Positions 39,379 through 49,628 are shown, counted from the stretch's first letter. The stretch: 64,000 bases of DNA from an uncultured Methylomirabilota bacterium (GCA_963705305.1 OY970067.1:2240001-2304000); one strand, 5' to 3'. Translations and numbers: made by a program. The notes: a model not told the origin generated them from the sequence alone.

Positions 39379-40164
39379 ATGCAAGTTGACGTCTTCACCA
39401 GGCGCCGGAACAATGCCCTGGTATTCTTCGGCGCGGTCGCCCTCCTGACTGTCGCCTCGATTGTCATTACCCAGTACAACATTGAAAAAGGGTTCACCAG
39501 CCTCTTCAAGGCGTTCGTCTGGGGGGGGTCCAATTTCTATCCGGACGCACAGTCGCTCGCAAAACTCCCGGATATTACAAGCAAGCTATGGGACACGGTG
39601 CTGATTTCTGTCGCGTCAACCTCCGTGGCCGGCTGCCTGTCCATGGTGTTGGCATTGGCCGGATCCCGGACGACACGGCCCCATGCCGCCTTCACCGTCA
39701 TCGCCCGGGGCATCGGCTCTTTCTTCCGCAACATCCCTCTGGTTGCCTGGGCCATGGTGTTGATGTTGGCCTTCAATCAAAGCTCCGTCACCGGTTTTCT
39801 GGCACTGTTCCTCGGTTCGCTTGGATTTCTCACCCGAGCGTTCATGGAGACGATCGATGAAGTGGGTGGCCACGCCGTTGAAGCTTTGCGGGCGGCCGGC
39901 GCGGCGTATCCCCACATCATCTTCCAGGCGGTTCTGCCATCCGGCATGCCCCAGATCGTCAGTTGGCTCCTGTTCATGATTGAAACAAACATCCGGGACG
40001 CCGTCTTGGTGGGATTCCTCACCGGGACCGGTATCGGGTTCGCCTTTGATGTGTATTACAAATCCTTCAATTACCACGCGGCAAGCCTGGTGGTGGTTGT
40101 CACCATCATTGCCGTTATTGCCATGGAAGCGATGTCGAATTATGTCCGAAGGATCATTCTCTGA
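39379..40164 (+). CDS. phnE: Phosphonate ABC permease
   Basis: RNIP, EALRAAGA, ETNIRDAVLVG, GIG. Confidence 0.88.
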   Translation: MQVDVFTRRRNNALVFFGAVALLTVASIVITQYNIEKGFTSLFKAFVWGGSNFYPDAQSLAKLPDITSKLWDTVLISVASTSVAGCLSMVLALAGSRTTRPHAAFTVIARGIGSFFRNIPLVAWAMVLMLAFNQSSVTGFLALFLGSLGFLTRAFMETIDEVGGHAVEALRAAGAAYPHIIFQAVLPSGMPQIVSWLLFMIETNIRDAVLVGFLTGTGIGFAFDVYYKSFNYHAASLVVVVTIIAVIAMEAMSNYVRRIIL

Positions 40165-41030
40165 TGGAAGTTGACGCGCAGTTGAAGCATTGGGGGACGG
40201 AAAACGGCCTGGAGGAAAGACGAGGCCTGCGGCCGGCTTCGACCATGCCCGTCACCCGCGCCGATGTCGCGATCCGGGTCACCCTGCTGGTGTTGGCGGC
40301 GGTTACCGTATACGGCTTGCTGAGCATGGATTATTCGGGCGTCGACATACGGCAGGGGATCGTCGATACGCTGAAGAACTGCCAGACAATCTTCCTGCAC
40401 CCGTTCTCCCACCGCCTCACGGTGCGAGATGCCTTTTCCGAAGTGGTGATAACGATCGGCCTGGCAGTTCTCACTACCGTGTATGGTGCGGTCCTGGCAT
40501 TGTTCCTCGGGCTCATGGGGGCGCAGAACTTGGCCCCGAAACGCCTGACAAATGCCGTCAAGGGGTTTGTCGCATTCATTCGCGCAGTTCCGACGATCCT
40601 CTGGGTGCTAATATTTGCGGTGGCTGCGGGATTGGGCAGCACGGCGGCCGTCATCGGCCTGACATTCCACTCGGTCGGGTACCTGACCAAGGCGTATGCC
40701 GAGTCCTTTGAAGACCTGGACCGGAGTGCCATCGAAGCCCTGATGGCCACCGGGGCGAATTGGTGGCAGATTGTCTTCCAGGCGGTCCTCCCGTCGTCGG
40801 CTACCTATCTGCTGTCCTGGACCTTCCTGAGGTTCGAGATCAATTTCGGCAATGCCGTGGCCATGGGGGCGGCAGCCGGAGCGGCCGGGATAGGCTTTGA
40901 CCTGTTCATGGCCAGCGGGTTCTACTTCGATCTGCGGGAAGTGGGGCTGATCACGTACTTCATTCTGGCCTTTGCTATACTCCTTGAGACGTTCGCCACC
41001 AGGATGAAAGCCAAGCTCCACCGTCAGTAG
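40164..41030 (+). CDS. phnE: Phosphonate ABC permease
   Basis: RAVPTILWVLIF, EALMATGA, RFEINF, GIG. Confidence 0.88.
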   Translation: MEVDAQLKHWGTENGLEERRGLRPASTMPVTRADVAIRVTLLVLAAVTVYGLLSMDYSGVDIRQGIVDTLKNCQTIFLHPFSHRLTVRDAFSEVVITIGLAVLTTVYGAVLALFLGLMGAQNLAPKRLTNAVKGFVAFIRAVPTILWVLIFAVAAGLGSTAAVIGLTFHSVGYLTKAYAESFEDLDRSAIEALMATGANWWQIVFQAVLPSSATYLLSWTFLRFEINFGNAVAMGAAAGAAGIGFDLFMASGFYFDLREVGLITYFILAFAILLETFATRMKAKLHRQ

Positions 41031-41047
41031 CGGAACGGAGCAACGGT

Positions 41048-41599
41048 GTGGAACCCGGCATCGGGATCGTGCTGGCGGTTCATCGAAGCGCGACGCATAC
41101 TTTTGTCAAGCAGGCGGAAGAGAGCATCCAGCTCCTACCGGGGCTCGGCGTGGAGGGGGATGCGCATTTGGGAAGGACGGTACAGCATTGCTCGCGGGTC
41201 GCGCGCGATCCAACGCAGCCCAACCTCCGCCAAGTGCATCTGATCCACGCAGAGCTGTTCGATGAGCTTCGGGGAAAGGGCTACGATATCCTACCCGGAC
41301 AGATGGGTGAAAATATCACCACGCGCGGCGTTGGTCTGCTTGACCTGCCAGCAGGCACACGGGTGTACCTGGGGATGACCGCGCTGGTAGAAATAACGGG
41401 CCTTCGCAACCCGTGTGTGCAATTGGATCACTTCCGGTCCGGGCTGATGAGGGCGGTACTGGGTCGTGATGAAGACGGGAAGATTATTCGAAAGGCCGGC
41501 GTGATGGGTGTCGTGCTCTCTGGAGGTGTGGTGAGGCCCGGGGATCCGCTCCGCGTTCAACTGCCGCCGCAGCCGCACCACCCCCTCGAACGAGTCTGA
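41048..41599 (+). CDS. MOSC domain protein
   Basis: GVEGDAHLG, NLRQVHLIH, GENITTRG, TGLRNPCVQL, RKAGVMGVV. Confidence 0.9.
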   Translation: MEPGIGIVLAVHRSATHTFVKQAEESIQLLPGLGVEGDAHLGRTVQHCSRVARDPTQPNLRQVHLIHAELFDELRGKGYDILPGQMGENITTRGVGLLDLPAGTRVYLGMTALVEITGLRNPCVQLDHFRSGLMRAVLGRDEDGKIIRKAGVMGVVLSGGVVRPGDPLRVQLPPQPHHPLERV

Positions 41600-41764
41600 G
41601 ACACGTTCCAAGCAGCAGGCAGCAGGATGCGGATCGATCGCACGTTGATCTGCCAATTGTGGGTCATGGCGGGGCGGGCGTTGTGGCCCGCCGGATGATC
41701 CGATTGCGGTGCGGCCACGTGGGGGCGCAGAAAGGACGGCGCGCGGGACTCCGGCCAGGCGGAG

Positions 41765-42445
41765 CTACGGGTGGTCCTGCGGGGCGGTCGGGTAGGGGGC
41801 GTGGCGGATGTTCTTGCCCTCAACGAGGTACACGGCCATCTCGGCGACGTTGGTGGCGTGGTCGGCGACCCGCTCCAGGTAGCGCGACACCAGGATCAGG
41901 CGGATGGCCCGGGTGATGGTCCGCGGATCCTCCATCATGAAGGTGAGGAGCTCCCGGAAGATCTGGTCCTTCAGGGCGTCCACCTTGTTGTCGGTCTCGA
42001 TCACCTCGAGCGCCAGAGCGACGTCCTTGCGCACGAAGGAATCCAGGCTGTCCCGCAGCATCTTCTGCGCCATCTGGCTCATGAGGGGGATGTCGATGTA
42101 GGGCTTGAGCTGGGGATCTTCGTTCAGCTCGAGGGCCCGCTGGGAGATGTTCACGGCCTGGTCGGCCATCCGCTCCAGGTCGGTGCTGATCTTCATGGCG
42201 GTGGTGATGAACCGCAGATCGATTGCCGCCGGTTGGTTGAGCGCCAGCAATCGGATGCAGTCCTCGTTGATCTCCACCTCCAAAGTGTCGGCCTTCTTGT
42301 CGGCGGCGATGGTCTCCTCGGCCAAGCGGGAGTCCCGATCCACCAGGGAAGTCACGGCCTGCTCGACCATGGTCTCGACCAGGCTGCCCAGCTTGAGCGT
42401 CTTCTGTCGAACGTCCTCCAACTCGTCGTGAAAATGGCGCGTCAT
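41765..42445 (-). CDS. phoU: Phosphate signalling protein PhoU
   Basis: QPAAIDLR, DLERMADQAVNI, LERVADHATNVAE. Confidence 0.96.
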   Translation of the reverse strand: MTRHFHDELEDVRQKTLKLGSLVETMVEQAVTSLVDRDSRLAEETIAADKKADTLEVEINEDCIRLLALNQPAAIDLRFITTAMKISTDLERMADQAVNISQRALELNEDPQLKPYIDIPLMSQMAQKMLRDSLDSFVRKDVALALEVIETDNKVDALKDQIFRELLTFMMEDPRTITRAIRLILVSRYLERVADHATNVAEMAVYLVEGKNIRHAPYPTAPQDHP

Positions 42446-42538
42446 CTCGTCCTCATTCTTGCGGGCGGCAGCCAGGGAGGTGGACAGCCTCGCGCGCGAG
42501 CAAGACACTCAAAGAGCCGCCGAGAACGATCACCCGCA

Positions 42539-43297
42539 TCATCCGAAGCGGCCGGTGATGTAATCCTCGGTCCGCCGATCCCGGGGATTCGTAAAGAGCT
42601 GTGAAGTCTTGTCGAATTCCACCAGCTCCCCCAGCAGGAAGTACGCCGTCATCTCGGATACCCGGGCCGCCTGCTGCATATTATGCGTAACGATGACGAT
42701 CGTCAAATCCTGTTTGAGCTGCAGGATCAACTCCTCGATCTTGGTCGTGGCGATGGGGTCCAGGGCCGAGCAGGGCTCGTCCATCAACAGGACCTCGGGC
42801 TTGACCGCCAGCGCCCGGGCGATGCACAGCCGCTGCTGCTGCCCACCCGAGAGGCTGGCGCCCGACTTCCCCAGCTGGTCCTTCACCTCGTCCCAGAGGG
42901 CCGCATGGTGCAGGGCCTGTTCGACCGTTTCCTGGATGACCCCGCGGTTCCGAACCCCGTCCAGACGGAGTCCGGCCGCCACATTGTCGAATACCGACAT
43001 CGTCGGGAACGGGTTCGGTTTCTGAAAGACCATGCCGATGCGCCGGCGGACGTGCACCGGATCGACAGTGGGCGCGTACAGGTCCTCTCCGTCCAGGATG
43101 ACCTGGCCTTGGGCTCGGGCACCCGGGACGACCTCGTGCATCCGGTTCAGGCATCGGATGAAGGTCGATTTGCCGCATCCCGACGGGCCGATGATCGCCG
43201 TCACGGCCAGGGGATCGACCGCCAGGTCGATCCCCTGGAGGACATGGACCTGGCCGAACCAGGCGTGGAGCTGTCGCACCCGAATGCCGTCCGCCAT
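42539..43297 (-). CDS. pstB: Phosphate ABC ATP-binding protein
   Basis: [37 protein letters not shown]. Confidence 0.96.
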   Translation of the reverse strand: MADGIRVRQLHAWFGQVHVLQGIDLAVDPLAVTAIIGPSGCGKSTFIRCLNRMHEVVPGARAQGQVILDGEDLYAPTVDPVHVRRRIGMVFQKPNPFPTMSVFDNVAAGLRLDGVRNRGVIQETVEQALHHAALWDEVKDQLGKSGASLSGGQQQRLCIARALAVKPEVLLMDEPCSALDPIATTKIEELILQLKQDLTIVIVTHNMQQAARVSEMTAYFLLGELVEFDKTSQLFTNPRDRRTEDYITGRFG

Positions 43298-43299
43298 AC

Positions 43300-44142
43300 T
43301 TACCTCACGCCGCCGAAGCGACCCTTAGTCACCGTGCGGGCGACCAGGCTGGTCAAGAAGATCAAGGAGATCAGGACCAGCGCCCCCGCCCAGGCCTGCC
43401 GGTGCCAGTCGTCGTAGGGGGCGATGGCGTAGACGAAGATCTGGAGAGGCAGGGCGGCGATGGGCTGGTCCAGGCCGCTCTGCCAGTAGTGGTTCCCGAA
43501 GGCCGTGAAGAGCAGGGGGGCCGTCTCCCCCGCGATGCGGGCCAGCGCCACCATGACGCCCGTGATGATTCCGGATCGGGCGGTGGGCAGGACCACGCGC
43601 AGGATCACCTTCCACTGGGGAATGCCCAGCGCCAGGCCGGCCTCCCGCAGGGAGGCAGGCACCAGTCGCAGCAGCTCCTCCGTGGTCCGGAGAACGATGG
43701 GAAGCATGATGACCGCCAGCGCGAATCCGCCGGCCAGGGCGGAGAAGCGCCGCATGGGCAGGACCACGACCGTGTAGGCGAAGATGCCGATGACGATGGA
43801 CGGGACGCCGTTCAGGACGTCGGCGAGGAAGCGGATCGCCCCGGGAAGCTGCCGGTCGCGCGACTCGGCCAGATAGACGCCCCCCAGAATGCCGATCGGG
43901 AGGCCGAGGCAGGAGGCCAGGCCGACGAGGATCAAGGTGCCGACGATGGCATTGGCCATTCCCCCGCCAGGCTCGCCGACGGGTTTGGGCAGATGGATGA
44001 AGAAGGCCAGGTTGACTGCGGAGGCGCCCTGGTAGACGAGAAAGATCAGAATCAGGATCAGTGGCAGGACCACCGTGGCGGCAGACAGGGCCGCCAGCCA
44101 CTCCATCAGCATGCTGACCGCTGGCCGGATGTGACGATTCAC
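43300..44142 (-). CDS. pstA: Phosphate ABC permease
   Basis: [31 protein letters not shown]. Confidence 0.94.
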   Translation of the reverse strand: MNRHIRPAVSMLMEWLAALSAATVVLPLILILIFLVYQGASAVNLAFFIHLPKPVGEPGGGMANAIVGTLILVGLASCLGLPIGILGGVYLAESRDRQLPGAIRFLADVLNGVPSIVIGIFAYTVVVLPMRRFSALAGGFALAVIMLPIVLRTTEELLRLVPASLREAGLALGIPQWKVILRVVLPTARSGIITGVMVALARIAGETAPLLFTAFGNHYWQSGLDQPIAALPLQIFVYAIAPYDDWHRQAWAGALVLISLIFLTSLVARTVTKGRFGGVR

Positions 44143-45137
44143 TCTCGGACCTCCCGGACGGTCCCGCCGACACTCCAAACCAGAAGGCGGGCCAGGGCAT
44201 TGATGATCACGGTCACGACCAGCAGTAGGAGCCCCACCTCGATCAGGGCCGACAGGTAGAGATCGGAGGTCGCCTCCGTGAACTCGTTGGCGATCATGCT
44301 GGCCATGGTGTAGCCGGGGGCAAAGAGCGAGGCGGAAATGTCCGGGCGGTTGCCAATGACCATGGTTACCGCCATGGTCTCGCCCAGGGCGCGTCCGAGG
44401 CCAAGCAGGACGGCCCCGATCAACCCGGATTTCCCGTAGCGAAGGACCGCCAGGCGTGTCGTCTCCCAGCGAGTCGCCCCCAAGGCCAACGCGGCCTCAC
44501 GCTGGGAATTCGGCACGGCCAACAGGACCTCTCGCGCCACCGCGACAATGTAGGGGAGGATCATGATGGCCAGGATGATGCCGGCTGCCAGCATCCCCAC
44601 CCCCAGCGGGGGACCCTGAAACAGGGGCAAAAACCCCAGGGTCTTCCCCAGGGCGGGCTCCACCCAGTTCCGGAGGAAGGGGGCCAGGACGAAGATGCCC
44701 CACAACCCGTACACGACGCTGGGAACGGCCGCGAGCAGCTCGACCAGAAACGCGATGGGAGACCGGATCCAGAACGGCGCCATCTCGGCAAGATACACCG
44801 AGGTGCCGATGCCCAGCGGGACCGCGATGCACAGCGCGAGGATGGACGAGAGGATTGTCCCATAGACGAGCGGCAAAGCCCCGAACTCTTCCGTGACGGG
44901 GTTCCAAATCGAAGTGACCATGAAATGCCAGCCGAAGGTCCGGATCGCCGGGAAGGCCCTCTGGGTCATCACGACGACCATGGCCACGACGGTAATCAGG
45001 AGGGACAGGGCGGCGGCGCGCAGGATGAATCGAAAGAGCCCATCGCCCCAGGCCGCTTTTGGCCGGCCGGCACTTGCGACGTGCGGGAGGGACAGCCCGT
45101 TGGCCGTCCCTCCCTCCGGGATGGCGGACTTGGACAT
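44139..45137 (-). CDS. pstC: Phosphate ABC permease
   Basis: ELLAAVPSVVYGLWG, GRALGETMAV. Confidence 0.94.
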   Translation of the reverse strand: MSKSAIPEGGTANGLSLPHVASAGRPKAAWGDGLFRFILRAAALSLLITVVAMVVVMTQRAFPAIRTFGWHFMVTSIWNPVTEEFGALPLVYGTILSSILALCIAVPLGIGTSVYLAEMAPFWIRSPIAFLVELLAAVPSVVYGLWGIFVLAPFLRNWVEPALGKTLGFLPLFQGPPLGVGMLAAGIILAIMILPYIVAVAREVLLAVPNSQREAALALGATRWETTRLAVLRYGKSGLIGAVLLGLGRALGETMAVTMVIGNRPDISASLFAPGYTMASMIANEFTEATSDLYLSALIEVGLLLLVVTVIINALARLLVWSVGGTVREVRE

Positions 45138-45140
45138 CGT

Positions 45141-46229
45141 TTACCGTGCTTCCAGAAGCGGCTTTCCCTGATAGGTGATGGATTTGATCAGCCCTTCGTC
45201 GATCTTCACGACCTGCGGGGGGAGCGAGGCGTACAGGAGGTCCGATGCGAACCGCTCTCCGTCGTGGATCGCCCACCAGAGGAAGTTCACGAGCGCCTTG
45301 CCCTTCTCCATGTTGACCTGTTCCTTCGGGATCAGCAGATATGTGAAGCCCGCGATCGGGTACGTGGTGTGCCCGGGGGCATACGAGATCGACACACGCA
45401 CATCGTGCAGCTTGGCCATCTCGGCGGCGCCGCCGGCCGCCGCCGCGGTCGTCGCCGCCAGGCTGGGCGCGACCCACCGGCCGTCGCGGTTCTTGACCTC
45501 GGCATAAGTGAGCTTATTCTGGATCACATAGGCCAGCTCGACGTACCCCACGGCTCCCGGGGTCTGCTTGACCAGGCCGGCCACGCCCTCGTTGCCCTTG
45601 CCGCCGATGCCCGCCGGCCAGCTCACGCTGGTGCTGTGCCCCACCTTCTTGGCCCACTCGGGGCTGACGAGGGAAAGGAACGAGGTGAAGTGGAAGGTCG
45701 TGCCGCTCCCGTCAGAGCGATGCACCACCGTGATGGCGGAATCGGGAAGATTCAGCTTCGGGTTGTTGGCCGTGATCCGCGGATCGTTCCACTTGGTGAG
45801 GGTTCCCAGATAGATATCGGCGATGTTCTCGGGAGTCAGGCGAAGCCCGCCGCCGACTCCGGGGATGTTATAGCTGATCGCAATCGAGCCCGCAACGGTT
45901 GGGATCAAGAGGATCGGCCGCCCCATATCGGCGAGCTGCTGATCGGAGAGCGGAGCGTCCGAGGCCCCGAAATCCACCGTCTGCTTGCGCGTCTGCTCGA
46001 TGCCGCCGCCGCTGCCGATGGACTGGTAATTGAAGCGGACGCTCGGATCCACTTTGGTGTACTCGTCGAACCACTTTGAATAGATGGGGTAGGGGAACGT
46101 CGCCCCGGCACCGTTCATCAAGATCTGTGCCGAGGCCGGGCTGCCTCCCATGGCCAGGGGAAGCAAGGCGAGGCCTCCCACGACCAGAATCATCTTGAGA
46201 CGACTCCACACAACTGAAGCCTTGGACAT
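45141..46229 (-). CDS. pstS: Phosphate-binding protein
   Basis: GAGATFPYP, YQSIGSGGG, DFGASD, RSDGSGTT, GKGNEGV. Confidence 0.96.
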   Translation of the reverse strand: MSKASVVWSRLKMILVVGGLALLPLAMGGSPASAQILMNGAGATFPYPIYSKWFDEYTKVDPSVRFNYQSIGSGGGIEQTRKQTVDFGASDAPLSDQQLADMGRPILLIPTVAGSIAISYNIPGVGGGLRLTPENIADIYLGTLTKWNDPRITANNPKLNLPDSAITVVHRSDGSGTTFHFTSFLSLVSPEWAKKVGHSTSVSWPAGIGGKGNEGVAGLVKQTPGAVGYVELAYVIQNKLTYAEVKNRDGRWVAPSLAATTAAAAGGAAEMAKLHDVRVSISYAPGHTTYPIAGFTYLLIPKEQVNMEKGKALVNFLWWAIHDGERFASDLLYASLPPQVVKIDEGLIKSITYQGKPLLEAR

Positions 46230-46263
46230 GGTCTGCGCTCCTTTTTTGAGTGTCTCCTGCGCT

Positions 46264-46301
46264 GGTTACAGGCTGGTTACGAGATTGTTACAACCTTGTA
46301 A
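46264..46301 (-). promoter_or_regulatory. Four-unit Pho box upstream of pstS
   Basis: Plus strand GGTTACA/GGTTACG/TGTTACA/TGTAA at 46264, 46275, 46286, 46297. Confidence 0.82.
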
Positions 46302-46463
46302 GAATTCCGGTTCGCCTGCCATACCGTCATGGGAGCAGCGCGAGACCGGTCACCGGCACTTCCAGCCGGTTGTGGGTGCAGCGAAAGCAGAAAACAGCCA
46401 TCCCCACAATCTCTCGGCCTGCCTATCGCAGCCAAGGGGGAATGGCCCCTAATGGCATACCGT

Positions 46464-46727
46464 TCACAGGGAATGCGTAATAACCTGGGTTCCGAGGAAG
46501 ACGATGGCCAGCAAGATGAGGCCCACGGCAAAGGCCGCGAGCCAGAGCCCAACATCCTTGTCCGCACGATACTCCGGCGCTCCCGTTCCGGCCGGACGGG
46601 CCAGCCTGGCCCTGCGGCGCCGGCCGATCCAGTACACCGAAGCCAGGTACGCCGTGACCCACACGAGGAACAGGCAGGCTTGAATGATTGGTTTCAGCCC
46701 CGTGATGACAGCCGCCGTCGTGTGCAT
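46464..46727 (-). CDS. Small two-TM hypothetical protein
   Basis: Two hydrophobic helices around a basic loop; Pho-box-like array just upstream. Confidence 0.6.
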   Translation of the reverse strand: MHTTAAVITGLKPIIQACLFLVWVTAYLASVYWIGRRRRARLARPAGTGAPEYRADKDVGLWLAAFAVGLILLAIVFLGTQVITHSL

Positions 46728-46752
46728 GACACCAGGAATATCATCCGGAATT

Positions 46753-46779
46753 GTTACGGCACGATGACGAGCAGATGAA
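46753..46779 (-). promoter_or_regulatory. Pho-box-like array
   Basis: Minus strand TTCAT-N6-GTCAT-N6-GTAAC. Confidence 0.7.
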
Positions 46780-46806
46780 TTCTCGTACGCCGCCGGGACG
46801 GGAAGT

Positions 46807-47211
46807 TCAGGCAGCTACGGCACGCCGATGCAGGAATTCCTCCAGGATTCCAGGGGCCGGGTGCCGGAATGACCGGACCGGCGGCAGCGTGGGCTCCACC
46901 TGCCCGCCCTTCACCAGATACCCATCCGCGCCGGCCCGATAGGCCGTCTCCCCTTTGAGGGTCAGCAAGACGATCCGGACATTGCGCATGTCCGGGGACC
47001 GCTTCAGCCGCCGGCAGATCTCCCAGCCGTCGAGCTGGGGTAGATCCGGATCCAAGAGGACGAGGTCAGGCCGGCGCATCCTCGCCTGGTACAGGGCATC
47101 CACTCCCGTGCGTGCCCGCAGGACCCGGTATCCTTCCGCCTCCAACAGCCGGGCCATGGAATGGACCCAAGTCTGATCTTCATCTGCGATGAGGATCGTC
47201 GCATCCCGCAT
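46807..47211 (-). CDS. Single-domain response regulator (receiver only)
   Basis: ILIADED, PDLVLLDPDLPQLDG, LLT, GADGYLVK. Confidence 0.85.
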   Translation of the reverse strand: MRDATILIADEDQTWVHSMARLLEAEGYRVLRARTGVDALYQARMRRPDLVLLDPDLPQLDGWEICRRLKRSPDMRNVRIVLLTLKGETAYRAGADGYLVKGGQVEPTLPPVRSFRHPAPGILEEFLHRRAVAA

Positions 47212-47617
47212 GATCCGTTTCCCTCCCTCCCGCGTTCGCGTTATTCGGCTCCGTGCGATCCATTGCAGCGCGAGCCCGGCGGACCACCTCCTTCACGCTG
47301 CAGGGCTTGGCGACAAAGTCGGCAGCCCCCTGGCTCAGAACGGCTAGCCGGGATGTGGCGTCCGCGAGTGCGGATACGACCACCACCGGGATATTCCTGG
47401 TCGCCGGGTCGGCCTTCAGGACGCGCAGGACCTCTCGGCCGTCCAGCCGAGGCAACAGCAGATCGAGCAGGATGAGGTCGGGATGGCGAGCCTGCACGGC
47501 GTGAAGCCCCGCCATGCCGTCCGGCGCCGTTGCGACCGAGAAGCCCGTGCTGGCAAAGGAATACGCCAGGAGGCTGGCGACATCCGGCTCGTCCTCGATC
47601 ACGATGAGGTGTGGCAT
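47180..47617 (-). CDS. Single-domain response regulator (receiver only)
   Basis: VIEDE, PDLILLDLLLPRLDG, VVSA, GAADFVAKP. Confidence 0.88.
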   Translation of the reverse strand: MPHLIVIEDEPDVASLLAYSFASTGFSVATAPDGMAGLHAVQARHPDLILLDLLLPRLDGREVLRVLKADPATRNIPVVVVSALADATSRLAVLSQGAADFVAKPCSVKEVVRRARAAMDRTEPNNANAGGRETDHAGCDDPHRR

Positions 47618-47772
47618 GCTCCCCCGCCACTCAAAGGGCTAACACCAATCCGAGAACATCTCACCGCCAAGCGTTGCGTCAAATATGCCCTCCCCCTTGG
47701 AGTCCGGAGCCTTGGCGCCATGGCGGTTCAACACTACCCGGCTCTCTTTGGGGAGGAAGATGAGGTACGGGG

Positions 47773-47799
47773 ATGACAGGGGAATGACCGCGATGTGAA
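47773..47799 (-). promoter_or_regulatory. Pho-box-like array upstream of the receiver pair
   Basis: Minus strand TTCAC-N6-GTCAT-N4-CTGTCAT. Confidence 0.75.
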
Positions 47800-47825
47800 T
47801 TCTGCGCAAAAAGGGGGCGAAGCGG

Positions 47826-49628
47826 CTAGGAAGGCGAGGCGGCGTCCGCGGTGGTGGACGGCAGGGTCACGTACACGCGGGTGCCCCGTCCCAGCTCGCT
47901 CTCGATGCGGAGGGTCCCCTCGTGCACCTGGACCAGATGCTTCACGATGGCCAGGCCGAGACCGGTTCCACCCAGCTCCCGGGATCGTGCCTTGTCCACG
48001 CGGTAGAATCGTTCGGTGACGCGCGGGAGATCCTTGTGCGGGATCCCGATGCCGGTGTCCTCCACGAGGATCTCAACGGCGGGGCGGGTCGTCCCCGCGG
48101 GAGCGGCCTCCAGCTCGGCCGGTTTTGCACGGAGCGTCACCCGCCCTCCCTCGGGCGTGTACTTGACCGAATTGTCCAGCAGGTTGACCAGCACCTGCAT
48201 TAACCGGTCGCGATCCGCCAGGACCGCCGGAAGCGGCTCGGGGATATCGCCGGAAAGGCTGATCGATTTCTGCTCGGCCTGCGGGGCCAGGGCGGCCACG
48301 GCATGCCGTGCCACGTCCGCCAGGTCGATCGGCCGGATTTGCAACGGCGCTCGCTCCAGCTCGATGTTGGACAGGTCCAGCAGCTCGTTCAGCAGGCGAC
48401 CCAGCCGCTCCGCGTGCCGGAGGATGACCTCCAAAAACTTCTGAACTTCCCCCCCGTTCCCCGCCCCGCTGTCGAGCAGGGTCTCGGCATATCCCCGGAT
48501 GGCGGTGAGCGGGGTTCGAAGCTCGTGCGAGACGTTCAGGACGAACTCCATCCGCACCTCTTCCAGACGCTTGAGCTCGGTGATGTCGCGCAGCGCCACG
48601 ACCGTTCCCTGGTGGAGGCCGGCGGCATCCCGGATGGCCACGGCGGTCCCGGCCAGGATGCGCCGGCGGGGATAAACGAGCGTGATCTCGGCTCTGGCCC
48701 CCTCTTGCCGCCGGCCGGCGGCCTTGAGCAGATCGTCCAGCTCGTGGCTGCGCACCGCCTCCAGGGCCAGGCGCCCGAGAGCCTGATCCCGCCGCAGGCC
48801 GAGCAGGGCCTCGGCGGCGGGATTCACGAGGGAGATCTTTCCGCGGGCATCCAGTACCAACAGGCCCTCCCCCATACTCTCCATGATCGTGCGCGCGCGC
48901 TGGCCTTCCTCCTCCAGCTGGCGGAGGGTCTCCTGCAGGTCCGCCGCCATGGTGTTCAAGGCATCGGCCAGATCGCCGATCTCGTCCCGTGAGAGGCGCG
49001 GGAGCCGGGGGGCCCTCTCGCCGCGAGCAGTCGTCTGGGCGAAGCCGACCATCTGGCGGAGCTGCCGGGCGATGCCCCTCACCGACAACAGCGCGATGCC
49101 GCTGGCCAGGACCAGCGAGATAAGGCCGACCAGCAGAAAGTCGTCGCGGAACTGGCCGAAAGCGGGCGAGACCTCTGCCAGGGGAACGGAGAGGCGCAGG
49201 ATCAGCCGCTGGTTGCCCACCGATACCGCCTGGGCATAGTACAGGAGATCCCGGTGAATGGTGTGGCTGTAACGGAGCGCGTAGCCGCTGCCCTTGGCCA
49301 GGGCGGCGACAACCTCGGGCCGGCCGGCGTGATTTTCCATCCGGACGGACGCTTCGTCGGAGTCGCCCAGCACCCGCCCGTCCGTGGCGATCAGCGTCAC
49401 CCGGTCCTTGGTGCGCTGCTTCACGCCCGTGGCCCAGGCGTCGTTGAGGAGGGATGGGTCCGGCAGATCGGGGGTGAGGAGGGCGGCCTGAGCCTCCAAG
49501 CGGACCACGGTCTGATCGACGATGGCCGCTCGCTCTCGCCGCTCGAGGTACACCCCCACCACGGCCAGGCTGAACGCGATCAGCAGGCTGATGGTTAGGA
49601 CCGACTTGCCGACGATCGTGATTCGCAC
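47826..49628 (-). CDS. phoR: Phosphate regulon sensor kinase
   Basis: 2 TM, MENHAGRPEV, HAMP, PAS, EFVLNVSHELRTPLT, ERFYRVDKARSR, GGTGLGL. Confidence 0.93.
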   Translation of the reverse strand: MRITIVGKSVLTISLLIAFSLAVVGVYLERRERAAIVDQTVVRLEAQAALLTPDLPDPSLLNDAWATGVKQRTKDRVTLIATDGRVLGDSDEASVRMENHAGRPEVVAALAKGSGYALRYSHTIHRDLLYYAQAVSVGNQRLILRLSVPLAEVSPAFGQFRDDFLLVGLISLVLASGIALLSVRGIARQLRQMVGFAQTTARGERAPRLPRLSRDEIGDLADALNTMAADLQETLRQLEEEGQRARTIMESMGEGLLVLDARGKISLVNPAAEALLGLRRDQALGRLALEAVRSHELDDLLKAAGRRQEGARAEITLVYPRRRILAGTAVAIRDAAGLHQGTVVALRDITELKRLEEVRMEFVLNVSHELRTPLTAIRGYAETLLDSGAGNGGEVQKFLEVILRHAERLGRLLNELLDLSNIELERAPLQIRPIDLADVARHAVAALAPQAEQKSISLSGDIPEPLPAVLADRDRLMQVLVNLLDNSVKYTPEGGRVTLRAKPAELEAAPAGTTRPAVEILVEDTGIGIPHKDLPRVTERFYRVDKARSRELGGTGLGLAIVKHLVQVHEGTLRIESELGRGTRVYVTLPSTTADAASPS

